45,781 nucleotides of DNA from positions 19,690-65,470 of the forward strand of contig CAYZPG010000001.1 of assembly GCA_964480605.1 (NCBI GenBank), written 5' to 3'. The stretch's first letter is position 1, and the number at the start of each line of letters is the position of its first letter. The notes beneath the pieces were generated by a model. It did no database searches. It saw only the letters and a program-made list of their open reading frames with translations, and had not been told where the DNA came from. Origin of the DNA: an uncultured Candidatus Saccharibacteria bacterium. GTDB lineage: Bacteria; Patescibacteriota; UBA1384; JACPKC01. Made by a program: the position numbers and the translations under genes. This document shows, one piece after another, positions 35,978 to 44,627 of this stretch.

Positions 35978-37226
35978 GGTGCACCTCCGATGCGATGACG
36001 CCGTCGGCCACGTGCGTACTAAGTCGTTGTCCCTGCCGAACTGCGTCCACTGTTCGAATTACTCTACCTGATTGCTCATCGGTTGTGAACGAGTAGCCAC
36101 GGGCCACGATCGCTGCCGGATTCAGTGCGGTTAAGAGTGAGGCCGCGCTGGTCGCCCGGCTCTTGGCAGCGGCAAGTCGCCCACTGGCTACATCCGACAG
36201 CCGGTGTTGGAGCTGCACAGTCTGCTGCGCGGCGTGAGCTACGGTGTGCCTAACTGAGACTGCTGCGTGCGCGTAGCGGGCAAACAGCTGTCGAGCCTGG
36301 TGTAGTAGGTGCTGTATAGGTAACTCAAGTCGCTGAGTAAGCGATGTGAGCTGGTGACGGTTACGCAGTATACGCTCGCGAACGCGCTCGGTCATCTGCG
36401 CATAGTGCCGGATGAGTTGCTGCTGGACCGCATCGCGTGCAGGCACGGCGAGCTGGGCAGCGTGGCTTGGCGTGGCAGCCCGCTGGTCGGCAACTAATTC
36501 GGCAATCGTGGTGTCGCGCTCATGGCCGATAGCGCAAATGAGTGGAATTCTGCTGGCAAAGATGGTGCGTGCGACGCGTTCGTCATTAAAGGCCTGGAGA
36601 TCCTCCATGGAGCCCCCGCCACGAGTCAGAATGATCGTATCAACTGACGTACGTTCGTTAAAGAATTGCACTGCAGCAATAATTTCGGGAACAGCGTTTT
36701 TTCCTTGAACGTGAACCGGATGTAAATACAGGTGGACTCCGCCCCAGCGACCTACGACGACCGTGCGTACATCATCAAGTGCTGCTCCCTCGGGTGACGT
36801 GATGAGGCCAATTGACTCCGGATACGGCGGGATGGCTTGCTTGTGGCCTGCTTGGAACAGACCCTCTCGTTCGAGCTGTGCATAGAGGAGCTCGTAGGCT
36901 TGCTGGAGAGCGCCTGCTCCAACGGGCTTTACTGCTTCTACGCTCAACGAATATTTGCCGTAGGGTACATAGATGCGTGGCCGCGCCAGGACACGCACGA
37001 GCATCCCATTGGTAAACGACCGGCCAACTTTGTAGACAGAGGCAAAGCAATTGATGACGCTCGCACTGTCTTTCAGGTCAAACGTTACCCATTGGCCCCT
37101 CTTAATTTGGAGGCCGGTGATCTCGCCCTCTACCAGGATGGGCCCAATTTCGGCTGCTAGAACTTGATTGACCAGCTCGTTGCACTGCTCGACGGAATAG
37201 ACTGGTGGTTCAGCGACGTACGACAT
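35955..37226 (-). CDS. xseA: Exodeoxyribonuclease VII large subunit
   Basis: 423 aa with an N-terminal OB fold (VEGEITGL...GHWYF-like QWVTFDLKD), a catalytic core (RGGGSMEDLQAFNDE...IGHERD) and a C-terminal coiled coil. Confidence 0.9.
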   Translation of the reverse strand: MSYVAEPPVYSVEQCNELVNQVLAAEIGPILVEGEITGLQIKRGQWVTFDLKDSASVINCFASVYKVGRSFTNGMLVRVLARPRIYVPYGKYSLSVEAVKPVGAGALQQAYELLYAQLEREGLFQAGHKQAIPPYPESIGLITSPEGAALDDVRTVVVGRWGGVHLYLHPVHVQGKNAVPEIIAAVQFFNERTSVDTIILTRGGGSMEDLQAFNDERVARTIFASRIPLICAIGHERDTTIAELVADQRAATPSHAAQLAVPARDAVQQQLIRHYAQMTERVRERILRNRHQLTSLTQRLELPIQHLLHQARQLFARYAHAAVSVRHTVAHAAQQTVQLQHRLSDVASGRLAAAKSRATSAASLLTALNPAAIVARGYSFTTDEQSGRVIRTVDAVRQGQRLSTHVADGVIASEVHHASEKAI

Positions 37227-38363
37227 CTACCGTGTGGCACCGATCTCATGGGCAACCTGCTCGAGTACGCCAATCGTTTTGCGAGCAGCCGCTTCCCACG
37301 AAAACTGCTTGGTCCGTTCCAGGCCAGCCCGAATGAGCCGCTGCCGCGTTCGAGGTTCACTTGCCAGTACGAGCATTGCGTCTGCAATGGCGTCTGATTT
37401 TGTTTCGTTCACGAGCAACCCGGCATCGCCCACGATCTCCGGCAGCGAGGAATTTCGGCTGGCAATAACAGGGCAGCCGGATGCCATGGCTTCCAGCGCA
37501 GGCAGGCCAAAACCTTCGAAGCCCGAGGGAAAGACGAGTGCCTCTGCAAATCGGAGCCAGTGCGCATTGTCATGATCTGACACGTAGCCGAGCAGTACGA
37601 CATCCTGCCTGATACGCGCGGGGAGTGCATCGAGCGCCGCCTGGATTTCTTCGTAGCCGTGTTGACCGGGTTTGCCGGCTAGGAGCAGACGGTGCTGGGT
37701 AGCGTGCCGTTCTTTGAGGGACCGGAACGCTTGGATGAGACGCACGGTATTTTTTTTGGCTTCTAACCGTCCAATAGCATAGAAGTATGGGCGCATTGCC
37801 ATGATGTTGGGAGGCGGGGTGTCGGTGGTCAGTGCGGGAAAGAACTGCTCTCGGTCGACGCCATGGTGGATGACGTGGATACGGTCGGCTGGATATTTGG
37901 TGAAACGGATAATGTCATCCTTCGTCGCCTGTGAGACGGCGATGAGCCGCGTACTGGTTCGTACGGCCTGGCGAAGACCCACCCGCTGAAAGAGCCGTTC
38001 AAACGTTGAGTAGAATTGTGGGAAGTGCTCGAAACCTAGGTCGTGGACAGTGTTCACGACGCCACGCGGATGGACAAGTGGAATGGTGTGAGAAGGAACA
38101 AAGAGAACGTCCGGCTTTGGTCCTGTAAGGAATTCCCAGCTGAGACGCAGGTGCGTCCAGCCCTTTGGAAAGGGTAGAATCTGATACGTCACGTTGGCCC
38201 GACCCGTATCGAGCGGTTTTGAGGGTGGTTTTGGTGCGTAGATGGTGTACCGGTGATGGGGTGCTACTCGGAAGAGCTGCTCGAAGATCGTGTGCGAGTA
38301 GTGTTCAGTGCCAGTGTAGTTTTCTTTGGCAATGCGAGAGCCATCGAGGCCGATATGGAGCAT
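37227..38363 (-). CDS. Glycosyltransferase family 4
   Basis: GT4 pattern with EGFGLPALEAMASGCPVI. Its stop codon directly abuts the xseA start (0-nt gap). Confidence 0.85.
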   Translation of the reverse strand: MLHIGLDGSRIAKENYTGTEHYSHTIFEQLFRVAPHHRYTIYAPKPPSKPLDTGRANVTYQILPFPKGWTHLRLSWEFLTGPKPDVLFVPSHTIPLVHPRGVVNTVHDLGFEHFPQFYSTFERLFQRVGLRQAVRTSTRLIAVSQATKDDIIRFTKYPADRIHVIHHGVDREQFFPALTTDTPPPNIMAMRPYFYAIGRLEAKKNTVRLIQAFRSLKERHATQHRLLLAGKPGQHGYEEIQAALDALPARIRQDVVLLGYVSDHDNAHWLRFAEALVFPSGFEGFGLPALEAMASGCPVIASRNSSLPEIVGDAGLLVNETKSDAIADAMLVLASEPRTRQRLIRAGLERTKQFSWEAAARKTIGVLEQVAHEIGATR

Positions 38364-38380
38364 ACTCGTAGTCTATGGGA

Positions 38381-39403
38381 CTAGCTCTTCGCCCACAAGA
38401 CCGAACGCTTGTACGCATCAAGATGCTCTACGGCAATGCCGGCGCCTTTCGCGACGCACAGCATGGGTTCTTCGGCCAGTTGGCATGGGACACCAGTGAC
38501 TTTCGTAAAGAGGTCGTCAATCCGTCGAAGGAGTGATCCGCCTCCCGTAAGGACAATGCCCTTGTCCATGACGTCCGACGCCAGTTCGGGCGGTGTCTTT
38601 TGTAGCACTTCCCGTACGGTCGCAATAATTTCGCCTATGGGCTCTTTGACGGCCGCGACGACGTCATTCGAGGATACAATGACGCTCTCGGGCAAGCCGG
38701 TGACGGCGTTTGATCCAGACGCCTCCATGGTCAGGTCTTTTTTGAGGGGAAGTGCGGCGCCAATTTTCATCTTAATGTCTTCTGCTGTTTGGTCGCCCAC
38801 GGTGAGCCCATGTTTTTTTCGAATATAGCTCACGATAGCTTGGTCAATCTTATTCCCAGCGACACGCACCGAGGAGGCGGCCACGATGTCGCCCAGCGAG
38901 ATAACGGCAACCTCGGATGTGCCGCCGCCAATATCGATGATCATGTGGCCGCTTGGTGCGGCGATGGGAATGCCGGCTCCGAGCGCGGCCGCAACGGGTT
39001 CCTTGATGATGTACGCGGCTTTCGCTCCAGCAGCGATGCAGGCGTCGATGACAGCTCGTCGTTCAGTGCTCGTGACGCCAGCCGGTGCCGTAATCATAAT
39101 TTCTGGTCTGACCAGTCGAACGCGGCCGCCGAGGCGATTCACAAAGTAGCGGAGCATGGCTTGGGTGACGCGGTAGTTGGCAATGACCCCATCTTTTAAG
39201 GGGTGGACTGCAAGGATGCTGTCGGGTGTTCGGCCCAGCATGGCCCGCGCTTCTTGGCCGATAGCCATGACGCGGTTTGAACCTGCCTCGACAGCGACCA
39301 CAGCGGGCTCGTTGATCACGATACCTCGCTTTGGGACGTAGACCAGTACGTTGGTTGTGCCAAGGTCAATGGCCAGACGCGTGAGAAAGAAGGGCATGGT
39401 CAC
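38381..39403 (-). CDS. mreB: Rod shape-determining protein MreB
   Basis: LAIDLGTTNVLVY, DIGGGTSEVA, LTGGGSLLR. GTG 39403 overlaps the murA TGA (GTGA). ATG 39397 is an alternative start. Confidence 0.95.
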   Translation of the reverse strand: MTMPFFLTRLAIDLGTTNVLVYVPKRGIVINEPAVVAVEAGSNRVMAIGQEARAMLGRTPDSILAVHPLKDGVIANYRVTQAMLRYFVNRLGGRVRLVRPEIMITAPAGVTSTERRAVIDACIAAGAKAAYIIKEPVAAALGAGIPIAAPSGHMIIDIGGGTSEVAVISLGDIVAASSVRVAGNKIDQAIVSYIRKKHGLTVGDQTAEDIKMKIGAALPLKKDLTMEASGSNAVTGLPESVIVSSNDVVAAVKEPIGEIIATVREVLQKTPPELASDVMDKGIVLTGGGSLLRRIDDLFTKVTGVPCQLAEEPMLCVAKGAGIAVEHLDAYKRSVLWAKS

Positions 39404-40701
39404 TCCTCGATGCGGTTGATCTGTGCCCCCACGCCACGCAATTTTGTCATGAGTCCAAGGCCGTAGCCACGGTCGAGATGTTCGATGCCGTACAGCTGCG
39501 AGGTGCCCGTAGCAACCAAGGCGGCCACGACGTGGGCCATGCCAGCGCGGATATCGGGAATTTGTAGTGTCGTCGCTTGTAGATTTGCCGGCCCTTCAAT
39601 GCGTGCGCTGTGGCGGTGGCCCTGATTCGCAAAGCGGCAGGGCGTTCCGTAGCAGTCAGTTGCCACATGAATTGAGGCGCCCATTCGCACGAGGTCCTGC
39701 GTATAGCGCAGACGATCCTCGTACACTGTTTCGTGGACGTACGATGTGCCGCGGGCACGAGCGAGGACGACGACAGACGGCTGCTGCCAATCGGCCATAA
39801 AGCCAGGGTGGACTGCAGTTTCAAATTGGGTGGCCTGCAAGGGGCCAGCTGAGAAGATACGGACACCTTGGTCAGTGAGTGTAATACCTGCTCCAAGCCG
39901 GCGGCAGAAATCGAGGTAGGCGTGGAGGTCCTCAATCCGGGCATCTTCTAGCAAAATGTCTCCGTCGGTCGCTAAGGCGACTGACGCGTAGGATACCGCC
40001 TCGAGACGGTCGGCAATGACGCGCTGCGTCGCACCGTGGAAGGAGCGGACGCCATCAATTGTGTAGCGTCGCCGCTCGACATCAATCTGGATCTGCGCAC
40101 CCATGGCACGTAGGTATTCGGCGAGCGCGACCACCTCTGGCTCGATGGCGGCATTCTTGAGGACGGTTCGCCCCTGTGCCCACGAAGCGGTGAGGAGGAT
40201 GGTTTCGGTGGCACCGACACTTGGGTACGGCAGCTGGATCGTGGCACCGCGGACTTCCTTGGCAACAGCCCGAAAGCCCTGGTCGGACTGCTCGATATGG
40301 ACGCCAAGGGCCTGCAACGCATCGATGTGGAACCCAACCGGACGGGTGCCGATTTGGTCGCCGGTGACCGGTGGTACGTCAGCACTTCCGGTGCGAAACA
40401 GGAGCGGTCCGATCAGGAGAATAGAGAGTCGATTTCTCGTCGAGACTGCTTGGAGGTCGTAGGTATGGATGTTGGTGGCGGTGATCGTGGCTGTGCCGTC
40501 TACCCGGCTGGCAGTTGCGCCGGCTGCCTGGATGAGCGCGAGGGCAATGTCACTCTCGCCGATATCCGGCACATTCGTGAGCGTGCACGGCTCGCTCGTG
40601 AGGAGTGAGGCAAGAATGAGCTTGCTGGCGAGGTTCTTTGCTCCAGAGAGGCGAACCGTGCCACTGAGCGGCTGGCCGCCACGAATTTCATAGTACGACA
40701 T
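39400..40701 (-). CDS. murA: UDP-N-acetylglucosamine 1-carboxyvinyltransferase
   Basis: MSYYEIRGGQPLSGTVRLSGAKN is a canonical MurA N-terminus. The ORF-track TTG start at 40737 adds 12 non-conserved residues. Confidence 0.95.
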   Translation of the reverse strand: MSYYEIRGGQPLSGTVRLSGAKNLASKLILASLLTSEPCTLTNVPDIGESDIALALIQAAGATASRVDGTATITATNIHTYDLQAVSTRNRLSILLIGPLLFRTGSADVPPVTGDQIGTRPVGFHIDALQALGVHIEQSDQGFRAVAKEVRGATIQLPYPSVGATETILLTASWAQGRTVLKNAAIEPEVVALAEYLRAMGAQIQIDVERRRYTIDGVRSFHGATQRVIADRLEAVSYASVALATDGDILLEDARIEDLHAYLDFCRRLGAGITLTDQGVRIFSAGPLQATQFETAVHPGFMADWQQPSVVVLARARGTSYVHETVYEDRLRYTQDLVRMGASIHVATDCYGTPCRFANQGHRHSARIEGPANLQATTLQIPDIRAGMAHVVAALVATGTSQLYGIEHLDRGYGLGLMTKLRGVGAQINRIEE

Positions 40702-40803
40702 GGCATGTACACTACGAAGCGAATGCCAAGCTGGCAAGCGTGGATTGCTTGAGAAGCGGGCGGCTCTTCGGTAGGCTGATCATGCACGACGAAGGGGTAT
40801 TCG

Positions 40804-41502
40804 ATGACGCAACGGGAAAGCGGTTGGGATATCGCGAGTTTTGTACTGCGGACGCTGCTGACGCTTGTCGCTGCTGTCATCGTGGTGTTGCAGGCAAATG
40901 GCTACGCCATCGATTTTGAGCGCTTGCGGATTACACGAGTTGGCCTTGTGAGTCTGACCGTGGCGCCCGCGGACGCTCGGGTCTATCTTGATGGCAAGGC
41001 GGTCAAACTACTGCGGGGTACCTATACGGATACGGTGGTCCCGGATGTGTACAGCCTCGAGGTGCAGCTGAACGGTTACCGCCCGTGGCGCCATCTTGTT
41101 CGAGTGGAGTCTGGCGGGGTGGTACGGTTCAACGATGTGCTCCTTTTCCCAGAGCGGATCGAGGTGGCTAGTACGCGGCCAAGCGCTCCTCTTGACCGGG
41201 CGCGCCCGCTGATTGACAGCCAGTTGCGGCTCATCGGGACTGAGTTGTGGTACGTCACCGGCTCGACTGAGCAGCTGGTCACCCGGCTATCTGAGCCGAT
41301 CAAGTCGGCTATCGTACTGGCCAAGAGCCATGTGATCTACCAAGTCAGCGACGGTATCCACGTCATTGATCTCGACGGGCTGAACGATGTGGTGTTGGTA
41401 GCCCAAGCTGGCGCACCAGCGACGCCGCTGGTGCTGCTGAACAACGATCGAACGCTGGGTGTCGTAGGCGCGGACGTTACGACCCTGTACCAGATCCAAT
41501 AG
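40804..41502 (+). CDS. PEGA domain-containing membrane-anchored protein
   Basis: N-terminal TM helix, then LTVAPADARVYLDGKAV...YSLEVQLNGYRPW...V, typical of a PEGA domain. GAAGGGG RBS. Confidence 0.75.
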   Translation: MTQRESGWDIASFVLRTLLTLVAAVIVVLQANGYAIDFERLRITRVGLVSLTVAPADARVYLDGKAVKLLRGTYTDTVVPDVYSLEVQLNGYRPWRHLVRVESGGVVRFNDVLLFPERIEVASTRPSAPLDRARPLIDSQLRLIGTELWYVTGSTEQLVTRLSEPIKSAIVLAKSHVIYQVSDGIHVIDLDGLNDVVLVAQAGAPATPLVLLNNDRTLGVVGADVTTLYQIQ

Positions 41503-42220
41503 GGACTGGCTCGGCGTAGACGACGAGTCGGTTCAGGGACGTGCCAATGGGCGTGCACGTCATTAAGGCCAGCTCGTTGAGCTGCACGCGCTCATCGCGG
41601 ATCACGTCGACGCGGCTCGGTGGTACGATCTCGCGGCGCACGACACGATAGGCGAAGGTCTGATTCTGATACTTGAGAAAGATGTAGTCTCCATCATTGA
41701 GCTTGTCGAGTAGGACGAACACGGAAGTCCATTGGTTGCGGAACCACCAGTAGCCCGACGAGTGCCCAGCAATGAAGGTTCGCCCGGCCTCGCCTGGCAG
41801 GTATGATTCTCGTACCTGCACCACACCGTCTTGGAGCTTGGCAAGTGCATCGACGGCCGGCACATCCCACACAATCGGAGCACTGACGCCAATGGCCGGG
41901 ATGACTAACTGATTGTCTTCGAGGGCGGGCACATCGATGGCAGCAAAGACTGGTTGATGGCCGAGAAACTGCGACGGGTCAAAGGGGTCGCGCTGCGTTC
42001 TCTGCTCGGTTGAGTGCCCGTTGAGCCATTGGTCGAGAGCGTAGACCAGGCGCTCGTATTGGGCGGGTGCGGACAGTACGAGGAAGATGAGCACGCAGCT
42101 GAGGCTGAATGAGAGCACGGCGCCAATCTGTTGCGACACGCGAGCAAGGCGCCGCGAAGCGTGTGATCGTGCAATCACGTGGTCCGCATGATGGAGTGTG
42201 AGGAAGACAGATGGCTGCAT
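41477..42220 (-). CDS. Sortase family transpeptidase
   Basis: N-terminal TM anchor. Catalytic His (FIAGHSS), Cys in LALMTCTP (TLxTC-type) and Arg (NRLVVYA). 26-nt tail-to-tail overlap with the PEGA gene. Confidence 0.85.
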   Translation of the reverse strand: MQPSVFLTLHHADHVIARSHASRRLARVSQQIGAVLSFSLSCVLIFLVLSAPAQYERLVYALDQWLNGHSTEQRTQRDPFDPSQFLGHQPVFAAIDVPALEDNQLVIPAIGVSAPIVWDVPAVDALAKLQDGVVQVRESYLPGEAGRTFIAGHSSGYWWFRNQWTSVFVLLDKLNDGDYIFLKYQNQTFAYRVVRREIVPPSRVDVIRDERVQLNELALMTCTPIGTSLNRLVVYAEPVPIGSGTGS

Positions 42221-42229
42221 AAACCGGAT

Positions 42230-42258
42230 ACTATACCTGTACTCTCGGAGTGCGTCAA
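42230..42258 (-). promoter_or_regulatory. Sortase promoter (near-leaderless)
   Basis: Minus strand: TTGACG, 17 nt spacer, TATAGT, then only 9 nt to the ATG at 42220. Confidence 0.65.
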
Positions 42259-42278
42259 GGTACGGAACGGGAGCAGCG

Positions 42279-42307
42279 TTGACTTTTCATATGCCGCCCG
42301 GTAAGGT
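42279..42307 (+). promoter_or_regulatory. Promoter of ORF 42316-42747 (near-leaderless)
   Basis: TTGACT, 17 nt spacer, TAAGGT, then 8 nt to the ATG at 42316. No Shine-Dalgarno sequence is possible. Confidence 0.55.
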
Positions 42308-42315
42308 TCGCAGCC

Positions 42316-42747
42316 ATGAAGCTCCCTCACCTTGCTGCCCCCTATCGCCGCTTGCTGATTGCGCTGATCGTACTACTGCTTGTGGGTGGCGCGTACGTTG
42401 TGACGCGACAGCGTTCGACGGTTGCTACCAACCAGCCCCCATTTACTGCACTGAACGCACGTGTTGTTTGGTCGGACGAGGTCTTTCGAATTATCAATCT
42501 TGAAAATCGGCCGTGGCTTCACTGCGAATTTCTTCTCAACAAGCAGTACAGCTTTGTTCGGGAGAAGGTACAGGCGCGGGAAGTACTACAGGTCGCCCAC
42601 ACCGTATTCGAAAGCAGAGTCAGTGGTGCCCCCTACCGGTACGAAGCTGATCCGCCGAGTTCGTTTTCGATCCGGTGTGAGAACGTCGGTGGGAATGTCG
42701 GACTCTTCAGCGGCAACTACGCCGCCGATGCCGTTCCCACGGAGTAG
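42316..42747 (+). CDS. Hypothetical membrane-anchored protein (143 aa)
   Basis: N-terminal TM helix (LLIALIVLLLVGGAYVV). No family recognised. Confidence 0.55.
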   Translation: MKLPHLAAPYRRLLIALIVLLLVGGAYVVTRQRSTVATNQPPFTALNARVVWSDEVFRIINLENRPWLHCEFLLNKQYSFVREKVQAREVLQVAHTVFESRVSGAPYRYEADPPSSFSIRCENVGGNVGLFSGNYAADAVPTE

Positions 42748-42749
42748 AT

Positions 42750-43355
42750 CTAGTTTGCGCTGATACGCACGTCAACGGCCTTGCCGTGGGCATCATAGAG
42801 AACACGGAGCACGAGCCGATCGGTTGGTACGGCAACAGCTTCTGGCCCGATGCAGTACGAGGACTCCCCGACTTCAGTTGGCCCGAGGAGCGTGGTGACT
42901 TGCTGTGGTGTCATGCCACGGATTTCTTGCACGAGGCCGGTGACCATCATCTGACGAAGCCGCGACGTACCACAGCCAGTTGCGCGCCACTCCTCAGCAT
43001 TGAATGGAACTTGTTTGATCGCAAAGTCCTGGCGAATGATCAGGACCTGCATCCATAGTGCGATGATGCTCGCCACAATGCCGCCGATACCAATGAAGGC
43101 AAGGAGCGATGTCCGATTCATCGTCCGGGCAAGTACGAGGCAGGCGATGGCAACAAGAATGCCTGGCAGTAGCGCTAGGAGCGGGTGTCCGCTCTGCTGG
43201 ATCATGGTGCCAAGTCGTGGCACATTCAGTAGGACCGCGTGGGTGAAAAAGATTGAGATGACTGGCATACCGAGCCCAAGAATGCCACCGGCAATCCAAG
43301 TAAGCAGCGTCGGGAACGCCACGGTATCTACGTCATGGTGTGTCGACTGTTTCAT
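42750..43355 (-). CDS. Hypothetical integral membrane protein with a small C-terminal soluble domain
   Basis: About four TM helices, then about 80 aa loosely reminiscent of SmpA/OmlA (BamE)-type domains (GMTPQQVTTLLGP...Y...LRVLYDAHGKAV). Weak assignment. Confidence 0.55.
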   Translation of the reverse strand: MKQSTHHDVDTVAFPTLLTWIAGGILGLGMPVISIFFTHAVLLNVPRLGTMIQQSGHPLLALLPGILVAIACLVLARTMNRTSLLAFIGIGGIVASIIALWMQVLIIRQDFAIKQVPFNAEEWRATGCGTSRLRQMMVTGLVQEIRGMTPQQVTTLLGPTEVGESSYCIGPEAVAVPTDRLVLRVLYDAHGKAVDVRISAN

Positions 43356-43507
43356 ACCAGATCCTTCGTACGCTATGCTTCGTGAATACCTTGCACTGTC
43401 ATAGGTGATGGTGCAAGCGGCGTCAAGTATTCTTGAGGGAGAAAAAAGTTATCCACGAACGTACAATGTGCCAGTCCAGCTTCGTGCTCCTGGAGGGAAT
43501 GGGACCC

Positions 43508-43537
43508 TTGACAACATTTTATCTCTGTGGCTATCGT
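43508..43537 (+). promoter_or_regulatory. Candidate promoter of the secreted repeat-protein genes
   Basis: TTGACA, 18 nt spacer, TATCGT, about 60 nt upstream of ATG 43599. Confidence 0.45.
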
Positions 43538-43598
43538 CCAGTGCAAGAGGATTCATAACGCGAACGTAAATAGAGTATTTACCGAGAGGTGATGTACC

Positions 43599-44522
43599 AT
43601 GGTCAACCGTTCATCAACTCATGCAAGGCAGCAGGTGCTGCGTCGTTTCGTGCACGTAGGGGTTGCACTCATCGCGTTGCTGCCATCGGCTACCGTGGCA
43701 GCGGAGGGATCATTCACTAATGAGCAGACTGGGTCGGGGTCGCAGAATGAGAACACGGCTGCGCACAACACTGATGTGTCGGCGAGCTTTTCGAATGTTG
43801 CCACCGTTGATAACACCTTTACCCTTGACCTGAACACAGGCGGCAACACGATCGAAAACAATACGACCGTTGGTGATGTTACGACCGGTGCCGTAGATGT
43901 GGATATCGAATCGACTACGACCGTAAACGCCGTGGATGCTGACGCACTGAGTGAATTGCTCGGTGCCGTGGACGATTCATTCACGATCAGCGGACAAAAT
44001 AGTCTGACCGGGGCGAATAGCGTGAATACCAACCAGGTCACGCAGACGCGGGTATTTACGTTTTCCCAGCAGAACACAATGACAGTCACGAATACCGTCA
44101 ATGCGGCGATCAATACTGGCAACAATAGCATTGCCGACAATACCACCGTCGGTGACATTGCGACTGGGCCGATCACCGTCGATGTCAATGTAACCACGCA
44201 AGGTAACGGTGCTGGAGGTGGTTTGTTGCCGGGTGAGGACGACAACGGTGGCGGTAACAACGGTACTGGTAATGGTTCAACCGGACCAGTGACGATTGCG
44301 CAGCTCCCGCCAAGCCAGATCAGCGCTCCGGTGGCAAAGCCAGCAACGAGCACGACTGCCCAGGGCGGCGGACAGTTCTTCCCGGCTGGCAGCAATGGCC
44401 AACTCGGCATCCAGCTTATGGTGTTTGCACTGGTAGCAATCCTCCTCGTTCGGCTTTCGGAGCTTCTGCCAACGCTCTTTGTTCGACTACAGCACCGTAC
44501 CGTTCCGCTCCGGGTGCAGTAG
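43599..44522 (+). CDS. Secreted Asn/Thr/Gly-rich repeat protein (2 modules) with a C-terminal hydrophobic anchor
   Basis: GAGAGGTGA RBS and a signal peptide ending VAA. Two roughly 70-aa modules each end in NTG(G/N)N-x-I-x-(N/D)NTTVGD-x-x-TG. Then a Gly/Asn-rich linker and a TM helix. Confidence 0.75.
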   Translation: MVNRSSTHARQQVLRRFVHVGVALIALLPSATVAAEGSFTNEQTGSGSQNENTAAHNTDVSASFSNVATVDNTFTLDLNTGGNTIENNTTVGDVTTGAVDVDIESTTTVNAVDADALSELLGAVDDSFTISGQNSLTGANSVNTNQVTQTRVFTFSQQNTMTVTNTVNAAINTGNNSIADNTTVGDIATGPITVDVNVTTQGNGAGGGLLPGEDDNGGGNNGTGNGSTGPVTIAQLPPSQISAPVAKPATSTTAQGGGQFFPAGSNGQLGIQLMVFALVAILLVRLSELLPTLFVRLQHRTVPLRVQ

Positions 44523-44627
44523 TTTTCCAATCTTGGGTCGATGCGTGTTCAGCTATCGTATGCGGCTGACGCGTTCCACTAGCATACGGTGTGTATATAC
44601 GTACACGAGGTAGAGAGGAATTGCCTT

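Noticed and set aside
44473-44485. 12/13 match (CGCTCTTTGTTCG, plus strand) to the operator-like 13-mer, about 140 nt upstream of the acidic paralog gene.
   Set aside because: It lies inside the 3' coding region of ORF 43599-44522. It has no -10-like hexamer or start codon in the geometry shared by the three exact copies. One mismatch falls in the conserved core. It is kept only as something to include in a LexA binding test.
43619-44530. 303-aa minus-strand ORF almost coextensive with the repeat-protein gene. The same occurs at 44783-45490 opposite the acidic paralog.
   Set aside because: The plus-strand frames have an RBS, signal peptides, a promoter and a shared repeat module. The antisense frames stay open only because the Asn/Asp/Thr/Gly/Val codon bias avoids reverse-complement stops.
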